Positions 19,202 to 27,905 of a stretch of DNA of 64,000 nt are shown one piece after another. Each line of letters starts with the position of its first letter. Position 1 is the stretch's first letter. Where the stretch lies: positions 384,001 to 448,000 of the forward strand of contig CAXXHO010000003.1 of assembly GCA_963667725.2 (NCBI GenBank). Reading direction: 5' to 3'. The position numbers were made by a program, and so were the translations under genes. Under the pieces are notes generated by a model that worked only from the letters and a program-made list of their open reading frames with translations, made no database searches and was not told where the DNA came from. Origin of the DNA: Treponemataceae bacterium (GTDB lineage Bacteria > Spirochaetota > Spirochaetia > Treponematales > Rectinemataceae).

Positions 19202-20035
19202 TTGAAAAATTTAACTGAATCGCAATTCGCCGGCTCTAATTTTCATTACATAAAACACACATTCGATTATTTTCTGAAATCCATGGATACGCTGGATGTC
19301 CATATCGTTGAGTTTTATATGGCATGTCCCCATTTTAGCGTGTTCGATGCGACCATAGAAGATGTGAAACGGATAAAGAAAGCTTTCGATAGTCGCGATA
19401 TTAAGCTTTGTTGTACGACTCTGGAGCAATGCACATATCCGATAAACATCGCCACTGAGGATGATGCTATACGCGAGAGAAGTATCGCCGAGCTAGAGAA
19501 AACCATCGAATTTACTGCAATATTAGGTTGTCCTTATACCCAGGTTTTGGGCGGAAGAGGTAGCTACGATCTTCCGGAAGAAGATGCGTGGAAGCGTTCT
19601 GTTGAATCGTTCATGAGATTAGCGGAAAAAGGGCGACAGTGTGGTGTTACAATGGTAATAGAAGAAGCCTCATGGTTCACCACTAATACTGTATACACGA
19701 CTCCATTAACTAGAAATATTTTGGATGAAGTGAATAGCCCCTTCTTCAAGGCAATGCTCGATAACTGTGCGACAGAAACAGCAAGAGAAGATTTTATAGA
19801 ATGTCTGAAAATATTGAAAGACGATATGCGCCATATTCATTTTGCAGACGGAAACCCAAGCGGGCATTTCATCCCAGGCGAAGGAAATCTTCCTTTGAGC
19901 AAATATTTGGGGGCATTGGATGAATGCGGCTATACAGGTGCGCTAACCTTCGAACTATATAATCGCAAATATGAACTTGATCCTCATCTTTATATGACGA
20001 AGTGTTTTGATTATATCAGAGATATATTTAGATAA
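19202..20035 (+). CDS. FrlC-like TIM-barrel isomerase/epimerase, paralog 2
   Basis: VEFYMACPH, EQCTYPINI, IEE, MLDN, HIHFADG, HFIPGEG, FEL. Confidence 0.75.
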   Translation: MKNLTESQFAGSNFHYIKHTFDYFLKSMDTLDVHIVEFYMACPHFSVFDATIEDVKRIKKAFDSRDIKLCCTTLEQCTYPINIATEDDAIRERSIAELEKTIEFTAILGCPYTQVLGGRGSYDLPEEDAWKRSVESFMRLAEKGRQCGVTMVIEEASWFTTNTVYTTPLTRNILDEVNSPFFKAMLDNCATETAREDFIECLKILKDDMRHIHFADGNPSGHFIPGEGNLPLSKYLGALDECGYTGALTFELYNRKYELDPHLYMTKCFDYIRDIFR

Positions 20036-20058
20036 TATCTTCGAGGAAGGTAATTGCA

Positions 20059-20892
20059 ATGCAAAAAATCAATATCAACCAGATTTCTGCTATGAATATT
20101 TCCTATCAATTTTTTTCGTTTGAGTACTTTCTTGATTCCATGGTGACAATTGGGTGTAAAAATATTGATATATGGACAGGTTATCCACATTTTCTCGTGG
20201 ATGACGATTATGAGACAAAAGCACGTAAAATACGAGATCAGTGCGATTCGGTGGGGATCAATGTAAGAAACATCACTCCGAAGGTAATCGGATGGCCGCT
20301 GAATATCGCGGACAAGAGCGAAAAGATTCGAGGGAATGCTATAAGATATATTAAACGATGTATCGACGCAGCAGAAATACTCGGCGCACCTTCTCTCCAG
20401 CTCGTTCCAGGAACCGGCCTCTACGATGAGCCAGTGGAAGATGCCTGGAAACTATCCAGGGAATCGCTAAGCATCTTATCGGAGTACGCACTGAATAGAA
20501 AAAAACAATTAGCGCTAGAAGCAATACAAATACTTGAATCAAATTTAGTGGGAAATAAATCTCAGCTAAAAAAAATGGTAGAGGAAGTTAATTCTCCCGC
20601 GCTTGGAGCCGTTGTGGATACCACACATATGGAAAAAAATGGAGAAACCCTCGACGAATATTTCGATATTCTTGGCGAAAAAATAAAGCGTGTTCACCTA
20701 AACGAAAGCAATCAACTTCCATGGGGTGAAGGCAATAACCCACTTAATGTTTATATTAGCCAGCTCAATCGGCATCAATATAATGGACCCATCACGATAG
20801 AAATCTGTTCTAAGGTCCATTATCTTAACCCTCACAATGCAATGAAAAAAACCTTTGATTACGTTATTGATGCATTAGCGAGGCAGATTTAG
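20059..20892 (+). CDS. FrlC-like TIM-barrel isomerase/epimerase, paralog 3
   Basis: IDIWTGYPH, TPKVIGWPLNI, LEAIQILESN, VDTTH, VHLNE, WGEG, IEI. Confidence 0.72.
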   Translation: MQKININQISAMNISYQFFSFEYFLDSMVTIGCKNIDIWTGYPHFLVDDDYETKARKIRDQCDSVGINVRNITPKVIGWPLNIADKSEKIRGNAIRYIKRCIDAAEILGAPSLQLVPGTGLYDEPVEDAWKLSRESLSILSEYALNRKKQLALEAIQILESNLVGNKSQLKKMVEEVNSPALGAVVDTTHMEKNGETLDEYFDILGEKIKRVHLNESNQLPWGEGNNPLNVYISQLNRHQYNGPITIEICSKVHYLNPHNAMKKTFDYVIDALARQI

Positions 20893-20948
20893 CTAGCCAA
20901 TTGTATGGATATCAAGACTCCTCTTCAAGTTCAGATTAATTATTTGAT

Positions 20949-22871
20949 CTGACGTTGTACAGCGTGTGGTATAATACAGTAAGCAATAAAGCAGCTTAAT
21001 ATATTATACTGACAACAAATAACTAAAAACGGACTGTACAAAAAGCATGATGCAAATGCGGTATAAGATATTTATAAATATTCGAAATAAAACTTTACAG
21101 ATAAAACACTATGTTGTATAATTAGCGGTATAATGAACGTACGGAAATGTACCCTAAAGAATGCTCAAGGCGGTACCTATACGTACCTTCAACTTGTGCA
21201 CAACTACCGCGTCAAGGAAACAGGAAAGACCAAAACCAATGTCCTTATGAAGCTCGGACGGGAAGATCAGATCGAGCCTTCCTACATCCAGGCGATCATC
21301 AAGGCACTGTCTGCGGTCTTAGGCGAATATCCTTCTGAAGTCCCCGCCGGATTTGACTTCCATTCAAGTCGGGAGCTTGGGGGCACCTGGCTTCTAGATG
21401 CCCTATGGAATCGTCTTGGCATGGCAAAGGCTATCAAAGGGCTTCTTAACGAACGCCAGTTCGCCACACCCGTCGAACGGCTCTGCTTTGCCATGGTTGC
21501 AGGCAGGATCCTGGCTCCGGGTTCGAAGCTTTCTCTTGAACACTGGGTTTCAAAGAAAGCATATATCAGGGATCTTGTGAACGTCGATGTTCACAATCTT
21601 TACCGGGCGATGGATCTTCTTGTGGAGTCGAGCGAAGAACTCCAGAAGCACATATTTACCGAAGTATCAAAGAATGCCCACCTTGATGTGGATCTTATCT
21701 TTCTTGATACGACGAACACCTATTTCGAGACCGACGAAGATGCTTCCGGTTCAGGGCTTTTAAAACGTGGCCACAGTAAAGATGGACACCCCGAGCTACC
21801 GTTGGTTTCGATTGCCTTTGCGGTGACGCGTAGCGGCATTCCTATTCGCTGCTGGGTATTCCCGGGCAACACGAGCGACCAGACGATCGTCGAGCAGGTG
21901 AAAGGTGATCTAGGACAGTGGAATCTTGGTCATGTCGTCATGGTCCAAGATGCAGGATTCAATAGTGCCGACAACAGAAGAATCCTTTTACGGGAATGCG
22001 GTGACTATATCATCGGCGAAAAGCTCCGCGTTGGTACCGATGGCGCCGCGGTAGAAGCCCTACACCGGAAAGGGCGATTCAGGATCCTGGAAAGTGGCCT
22101 CGCGATTAAAGATGTCGTCCTCGATGCAGGGAAAGCCACGGAGCGCCGATTCATCATCGTCAAGAATCCGGAAGCCGAAACGCGCGACCATGTCATACGC
22201 GAACAAATCGTCGATGCTACGAAGCGCAAGCTTGATGAACTGTCGCAGTATACGGGGAAAGCACACACGAAAGCGGCGTGTGCGCTACGCTCTCATTCCG
22301 CCTATGGCAGATACATTAGGCAGGATACGAAGGGTGTCTTGCACCTCGACACCGCCAAGATAGCCTCAGAGGAACTCCTTGATGGCAAGTTTCTAGTGTC
22401 GACGTCCAGCATGAAGCTGGATGCTGCCGATATTGTTGCCGGCTATAAGCAGCTCTGGGCCATAGAGCGGGTATTCAAGGATATGAAAAACACCTTGGAT
22501 ATTCGTCCCATATACCACCGACTTGATGATCGTATTCGAAGCCATATTCTTATTTGCTGGCTTGCCATGGTGCTGGTACGGTATGCAGAGAATATGGCGG
22601 ACCGGTCGTGGTACCAGATTGAAAAAGTTCTGTCCGATGTTACTGCAGGGCTTATTGAGAGCGACAATGTAAGCCTCTGGTATTGCTCTGATATTTCCGA
22701 CGAGGCGAAGGACATTTTCAAGCGCTTAACTATTGAATTACCAAAGAAAGTTCTTGCTACAGTAGCAAGAGATCCTGTTGCGGTATAAAAGATTTTCGAC
22801 TGCAATCGTATAACTCTATTATTTATAGAGTATTAGCAAGATTTTCTATACCGCGCACTGTACAACGCCAG
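20949..22871 (+). mobile_element. Complete IS1634-family insertion sequence (1923 bp)
   Basis: 25-bp imperfect terminal IRs (20949-20973 CTGACGTTGTACAGCGTGTGGTATA; 22847-22871, 4 mismatches) flanked by the direct repeat TTGAT (20944-20948 and 22872-22876). Confidence 0.9.
21133..22788 (+). CDS. IS1634 family DDE transposase
   Basis: FLDTTNTYFE, RGHSKD, FPGNTSD, VQDAG, YKQLWAIERVFKDMK, RPIYHRLDDRIRSH; intact 551 aa; TTTACA-17-TATAAT promoter at 21094-21122. Confidence 0.9.
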   Translation: MNVRKCTLKNAQGGTYTYLQLVHNYRVKETGKTKTNVLMKLGREDQIEPSYIQAIIKALSAVLGEYPSEVPAGFDFHSSRELGGTWLLDALWNRLGMAKAIKGLLNERQFATPVERLCFAMVAGRILAPGSKLSLEHWVSKKAYIRDLVNVDVHNLYRAMDLLVESSEELQKHIFTEVSKNAHLDVDLIFLDTTNTYFETDEDASGSGLLKRGHSKDGHPELPLVSIAFAVTRSGIPIRCWVFPGNTSDQTIVEQVKGDLGQWNLGHVVMVQDAGFNSADNRRILLRECGDYIIGEKLRVGTDGAAVEALHRKGRFRILESGLAIKDVVLDAGKATERRFIIVKNPEAETRDHVIREQIVDATKRKLDELSQYTGKAHTKAACALRSHSAYGRYIRQDTKGVLHLDTAKIASEELLDGKFLVSTSSMKLDAADIVAGYKQLWAIERVFKDMKNTLDIRPIYHRLDDRIRSHILICWLAMVLVRYAENMADRSWYQIEKVLSDVTAGLIESDNVSLWYCSDISDEAKDIFKRLTIELPKKVLATVARDPVAV

Positions 22872-22876
22872 TTGAT

Positions 22877-23010
22877 GAGCCTGTAAATATTCTTGTGTAA
22901 ACGGCTCGATTCATAGCGGCACACGGTCGCCATAGAGAATCGCAAATTGATCCATAGCCGAACCCCAGTCATGTATCGGCATCATCCACCTTTTCGAGAT
23001 ACTCTGCAAG
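22877..23010 (-). pseudogene. IS256-family transposase C-terminal remnant with right end
   Basis: Minus strand reads ...SKRWMMPIHDWGSAMDQFAILYGDRVPL*, typical of the IS256 C-terminus, followed by an IR-like end GAGCCTGTAAATATTCTTGTGTAA. Confidence 0.7.
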
Positions 23011-23261
23011 TGGACCTTATCCGATTTAGTGGAGACTAAGCTAAGCCTCTCCGAAAATAAGAGGAGGAGAGGATATGGGAAAGGCCAAAAGGACCTATAC
23101 CGAAGAGTTCAAGCGAAATGCCCTTGAAATGCTGAAAAAGCCAGGGAAAACAGGAGCAGACGTCGCCGGAGATCTTGGGATCGGCTCAGGCGAGATCAAT
23201 CGCTGGCGCTGTGCCGCAGAGCAAGAGCAACGAGGAGAAGGCATAGCCTTCCCAGGGAAAG

Positions 23262-23857
23262 TATTCTGCGCCCTCAAATCAAGACCAAAAACTTGAAATA
23301 AATAAGGTGGTAATTCACGCTGCCAATTCCCTTATCTGTAATGATTGGTATTGCTGGTCAGGCGTTTCGTAATCCAGATTTTGATGAAACCTATGCTGAT
23401 TGTAAAATGTAAAGTATGAAACAAGACCTCGTTTCAAAGACCGTAGATTTTCATAGCCTTGAAGGTAGATATCTTCATACTTCACTGTTCTCCACAGTCG
23501 TTCGATATGGACATTGTCTCTCAAACGACCTCGTCCATCCATACTGATTCGAATGCCATGATCCTGAAGAATCTGCGTAAACGTATTCGATGTAAACTGA
23601 CTTCCTTGATCGGTATTGAATATAGAAGGGGCTCCATAGCGTGCTATAGCCTCTTTTAGAGCTTCTTCACAGAATCATGAATCCATGCTGTTAGAAACAC
23701 GCCAGGAAAGCACCTTGCGGCTATACAGATCCATTATTGCCACGAGATATACGTAGCCGATCCCCGGCAACTTGATATACGTCAAATCAGAAATCCATAC
23801 CTGGTTTGGATAGCGTATGACCTTATGTTTCAGCAGATATGGGTATATCGGGTTTTC
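23262..23857 (-). pseudogene. Second IS3-family orfB fragment, inverted
   Basis: Minus strand IYPYLL...[10 protein letters not shown]...FNTDQGSQF...MDGRGR...DNVHIERLWRTVKYE, with an internal TGA. Confidence 0.8.
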
Positions 23858-24277
23858 AAACGTTATGCAGGATTCCAGGCTCTTCTTTCCACCCGGTTCA
23901 AGGATCTTCTTGAAGCCTTGCAGGTCTATCGAGACAAGGACATTGTTGAGAAATGCTTTGATGATCTGAAAAATTCTCTGGACATGAAACGCTTACGAAT
24001 GCATTCGATTGAAACTGTTGATGGCAGATTATTTGTCCAGTTTATTGTGCTCATCTTTATGAGTGCTTTACGAAAAGAAATGCGGGCTACGAAACTTATC
24101 GAGAAATATACGGTGCGGGAACTTCTCTTGGAAATGGATCTTTTGACCAAGATTCGCTACGCGGGTAAATACGGCCAGATGCTCACTTAGATAACCAAGC
24201 CTCAGCGTGATATCCTAAAGGCTCTAAATATTGAGCCTCCTCAGGCTGCTTAGCTACAAAAGTTGCGGGAATTCAGG
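23858..24277 (+). pseudogene. IS1634-family transposase C-terminal fragment with right end
   Basis: [16 protein letters not shown]...RLRMHS...GRLFVQF, internal TAG at 24188-24190, ends ...GCGGGAATTCAGG. Confidence 0.7.
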
Positions 24278-24866
24278 TAACAACGAATTCTAATCATCAC
24301 GAGCCAGTAGCGGAAAATGTCCTGGATCAGCAGTTTTTCGCATCCGCGCCTGGAAAGGTATGGGTATCCGACATCACCTACTGCGCAACGAAAGAAGGAT
24401 GGATGTACCTATGCGTCATTATCGACCTATGGAATCGTCAGGTCGTGGGATGGTCAGTCAGGAATGATATGACGGCACAGATCGTTATCGATGCTTTCAA
24501 GATGGCCAACTTCGGTATGAGTGCTCTGAAGAATTACTTTTCCACTCAGTCCGCGGCATACAGTATTGTTGATCAGCATTCAGATCAGTAATCGCTCATT
24601 CCGGCAAAACGGTAGTTCAGAACATGAGCAGAAAAGGCAATTTCTAGGACAATGCCTGTGCCGAATCATTCTTTAAAACCTTAAAGCGTGAATTGGACTG
24701 CCTTGACGGTCGCAGCGCTCGAGCCGCTATACGAACAGAGCTTTTCGAATATATCGAGGTCTATTATAATTGGCTTCACAGGCACTCGTCGAATGCCATG
24801 ATGGTTCCGGCAGAGATGTTTAACAGAGTGGCTAAATTGACCCCCCATCAAATCGGGTGAGGTCCA

Positions 24867-25463
24867 AGTTGCAGCTTCATCCATTTCCAAGATGCCCCGC
24901 TGCTTCTTTACGCCAGAAAAGGACATGAGGCCAGTAAATGGGCTATTCGTAGTGATTTCGTTCTCTTTTGCCCATTTTAAGGGCACTGTCCCTGCCAGCA
25001 TTATTTTATTGATGGTTGTCGCTGCAAGAGCTTTCTTCGCTAATCCCAGGTAGTGAAGACGTTTATCTTCTATATATGGTGATTTGTCATAGTCCCAGAA
25101 ATTTTCAAGCCGTATGATGAAATCTGTATTAGTCACGTTCTTTTTTTCTATGTTTACATCGATAAGCTTTCGTTCCTTCAAAATCGTCACAATCGTCGCC
25201 GCATCCTCCTCATAGAGAGATGCTTTCCTAATGCCAGCGATCAGATCTTTCACTTCAAGCATCGTATCGATAGGTTGTGGAGATTTTGTGTCTTTTATTG
25301 GAATACCGTTTTTCAGCCAGTCGGTGATCACGAGCATAGCGTCTCGCTCGTTTTTCTTCTTAGTGTTGATTCCGCTACCGAAAGTTCCTCTACTATTTCG
25401 GAATCTTACATAATAAACGCCATTTCGAAGATAAAAGTTGTAAGAAGCCCCGAATGTGCTCAT
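24867..25463 (-). pseudogene. Tyrosine recombinase/integrase, N-terminal part only (truncated by the IS3 right end)
   Basis: YYVRFRN arm-binding-like N-terminus, TINKIMLAG...NSPF...RGIL; no catalytic R-H-R-Y domain; starts about 110 bp downstream of the tRNA 3' end. Confidence 0.65.
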
Positions 25464-25575
25464 TGCACCCCCTCATAGCTAGTTTGCTACGGAGTTCGCT
25501 ACAGCATGGGTTCGGGATAAGAGTAACCATCGTCTGGCTACTCTTACATTTACTGCTCTCGTAAAGAATTACTTA

Positions 25576-25648
25576 AGCCGAAGCCGGGAATCGAACCCGG
25601 TACCTGCGCATTACGAGTGCGCCGCTCTGCCTGGTGAGCTACCTCGGC
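25576..25648 (-). tRNA. tRNA-Thr (anticodon CGT), CCA not encoded
   Basis: Reverse complement GCCGAGGTAGCTCACCAGGCAGAGCGGCGCACTCGTAATGCGCAGGTACCGGGTTCGATTCCCGGCTTCGGCT folds as a cloverleaf with a GTTCGA T-loop. Confidence 0.95.
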
Positions 25649-25732
25649 GATACGTGCACGAATATATCAGGTTAAGAGGTTTTGAATCAAGCGGTTTTCG
25701 GCTGATGAGGATGCGTTGCTAGGGAAAGATGG

Positions 25733-26266
25733 CTATGCCTTACTGTCTTCGGCGGCGGCGGTCTGGCTATGGGGCTCAATCGGTTCCGAAAACTTGGGCG
25801 GATTGCGATAGACGGTTTTTATAAGATAATAGTAGTCGTCATCCTGGCCATAATAGCCGGGTATATGGCCGATCATCTTGTAGCCGGCTTCCAGAAAGGC
25901 TTCGGGCTTCAGATTTTCCAGCTTCTTCCCTGAGGTCTCGAGACGGATCACCGCATAGGAGCTTTTTTTCAGCAGGTCTTCGTCCAGCATCTCAAGCAGG
26001 TGTTTCCCGCCTTCCGTCGACTTATAGTCTCTGTCTACAACAATATAGCGGATGTCAAAAGTGGATTCCCTGCCGTTTATCCTGCCGATGATGGCAAAAG
26101 CGACGAGGGTTTTCCCATCGCGCAGTTCGAGCACGGTATATGGATCTCCGGGAGAGCTTTTCCATGAGAGAAGCGTTTCGTGGAGAAGATCGATTTCCAC
26201 GCCTTTAAAGGCGCCGGTGTAGGAGGCAACCTGCTCAAATTCCTGCATGTTTACATAATCAGGCAT
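25733..26266 (-). CDS. GNAT-family N-acetyltransferase
   Basis: FDIRYIVVDRDYK..GG..LL, LETSG, GYKMIGHIPGYY. Confidence 0.7.
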   Translation of the reverse strand: MPDYVNMQEFEQVASYTGAFKGVEIDLLHETLLSWKSSPGDPYTVLELRDGKTLVAFAIIGRINGRESTFDIRYIVVDRDYKSTEGGKHLLEMLDEDLLKKSSYAVIRLETSGKKLENLKPEAFLEAGYKMIGHIPGYYGQDDDYYYLIKTVYRNPPKFSEPIEPHSQTAAAEDSKA

Positions 26267-26433
26267 TTTTTTCCCTTAGTTCCAGTATAGAAGTATTTCC
26301 TGCTTTAAAGCAAATTTCTTTTCGAATAGAAGATATGAAAATCACTATCTTTCACTTTATTCTATTCAATAGAAAGCATAACGGCCGGAATTAATCAAGG
26401 GATACAGGGGGGTACGGGGCGGAGGTCAAGGAT

Positions 26434-26478
26434 TTGAGACAGGGCCATCCAGCTTTTTGGCTGATGGTCCCGTCTCAT
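26434..26478 (-). terminator. Hairpin downstream of the PEGA gene (probable terminator)
   Basis: TGAGACAGGGCCATCCAGC...GCTGATGGTCCCGTCTCA, long imperfect stem. Confidence 0.6.
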
Positions 26479-26490
26479 TTCAGAAGGTTG

Positions 26491-27507
26491 TCAGCGGATA
26501 GATATTCCCAAGAAAGGTTCAATAGTGGCGAATTTTCCGGGCAGTACATCGAAATCCGTTTCGAAGCGAAGGTCGCCGAGCATCAGCGTAAATCTATGAG
26601 TCCCGGGAATCACTTTGCCGAAGGGACTGTCCAGGCGTCTTCCATCCAGGTAGATCGTCATGTCCTGGAAACCGATGGGCCTTCCCGCGAGAGTCGCGAA
26701 CAGTTCGGGTATCGCAATCTGATAATCCACGAAGTTCGGGGAGAGGGATAGTTGCATGGTAAGCGGTCCGTTCAGGGAAATTCTGTCTATGTAATCGGTA
26801 TAGCCCGGGGCGACGATGCGTATCGTATAGTTCCCCGGCATCCATTCGCCACGGTAAGGCAGGCTTCCGATGTACGTGGAATCTCTGTAGAGGCTTGCTC
26901 CGGTAACATTCGTTGCACTGATGTATACGGGCAGGGATATTGGGTTGAGGTTGGCGCGGATCTGATAGGAGCCGTTAAGCTTGATGGTTCGCGTATAGTC
27001 TTCATAGCCGTCGAGTCGGACGGTGACGGAATAGGTGCCGGGGTGCAGGTAAGAAACGAATGGGGTGTTCCCCGAATAGGAGCCATTCAGATAAACTTGC
27101 GCTCCCCCCACATTCGATTCTATGGAAAGCTGGTATCTGGGAGCGGGAGGTACGGGCTGCGGAAATGGCGGCTTCTGCGGCTGCGGAGCGGGCGGCTGGG
27201 GTGGGGGCGCGGGAGGCTGTGATGGCCTGCCGCCCAGATTGGCATATACGGTGATGGGTGTGTTTCCTACATGGATCGTTGTCGAGAAATCGGAGAATCC
27301 GTCTTTAGCGACTTTGATCTTATAGGTTCCCGGCACCACCAAGGTGGAAAAATTTGGGGACGCATAACCTGCCAATTTATCGTTGAGATAGACGGTGGCT
27401 CCCGTCTGGTTGCTCTGCACATTGAGGGAGGTCTTCGCCTGCGCGAAGATCAGGCCCGGCAGCGCGACAAGGAGCACGAAAGCCGCTAGGAAGGTTCGTT
27501 TTCTCAT
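26491..27507 (-). CDS. Exported PEGA-domain protein with Pro/Gln-rich linker
   Basis: Signal peptide MRKRTFLAAFVLLVAL; repeated SN..GA.VYL.G...G.TP...PG.Y.I.V...GY units; PPAPPPQPPAP linker. Confidence 0.8.
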   Translation of the reverse strand: MRKRTFLAAFVLLVALPGLIFAQAKTSLNVQSNQTGATVYLNDKLAGYASPNFSTLVVPGTYKIKVAKDGFSDFSTTIHVGNTPITVYANLGGRPSQPPAPPPQPPAPQPQKPPFPQPVPPAPRYQLSIESNVGGAQVYLNGSYSGNTPFVSYLHPGTYSVTVRLDGYEDYTRTIKLNGSYQIRANLNPISLPVYISATNVTGASLYRDSTYIGSLPYRGEWMPGNYTIRIVAPGYTDYIDRISLNGPLTMQLSLSPNFVDYQIAIPELFATLAGRPIGFQDMTIYLDGRRLDSPFGKVIPGTHRFTLMLGDLRFETDFDVLPGKFATIEPFLGISIR

Positions 27508-27817
27508 GATTGTTTCCTCTCTTGTATCTAGACAAAAATAACACGCTTCACCTTTCACGACAATGCAGGCGGATATTTTGCGTGAATTGGCGAGCGCTTC
27601 AATATTAAAATAGTCGATTGCGGCCTGAATTCAAAGTTTTCGCTCGAATCGAAGGCGATTTTATCGGATAAAGGTAATTCTATAATTATTTAGCTTTTAA
27701 GACGAACTGTCTATCTTTTGCATCCAGGCCGCAAAATGCGGTCTCTTTTTTTAAAAATTATGCATTTTTTGACTGTCGCGCGTTTCATATAGTGAACCTT
27801 CCGTATCGATTATTGTC

Positions 27818-27846
27818 TTGACGGTTAGTGGAAACCAAGGGATGAT
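27818..27846 (+). promoter_or_regulatory. Possible sigma70 promoter of the lysine operon
   Basis: TTGACG, 17 nt, GATGAT, about 60 nt upstream of kdd. Confidence 0.4.
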
Positions 27847-27905
27847 GGACTTCGACAAAACAGGATAATTGCTTTGCCAATTTATCTTTATCGTGGGGGT
27901 TTGCC

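Larger units (their letters stand above)
23011..24866 (+). mobile_element. Degenerate IS3-family element (orfA 23075-~23260; frameshifted orfB ~24280-24830), interrupted by other IS fragments
   Basis: Left IR TGGACCTTATCCGATTT (23011) and right IR AAATCGGGTGAGGTCCA (ends 24866); orfA KRTYTEEFK; orfB WVSDITY...YLCVIIDLWNRQVVGW...DNACAESFFKTLKRE. Confidence 0.75.

Noticed and set aside
24681..24866. C-terminal ~60 aa of the 260-aa ORF 24681..25463
   Set aside because: Read-through into the antisense strand of the IS3 right end, not integrase sequence
1..25575. Second att repeat (copy of the tRNA-Thr 3' end)
   Set aside because: Not found by eye in the window, so the left boundary of the island is not claimed precisely
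27560..27905. Lysine riboswitch upstream of kdd
   Set aside because: No recognisable L-box motifs by eye, and the putative promoter leaves only a leader of about 55 nt; an Rfam scan would settle it
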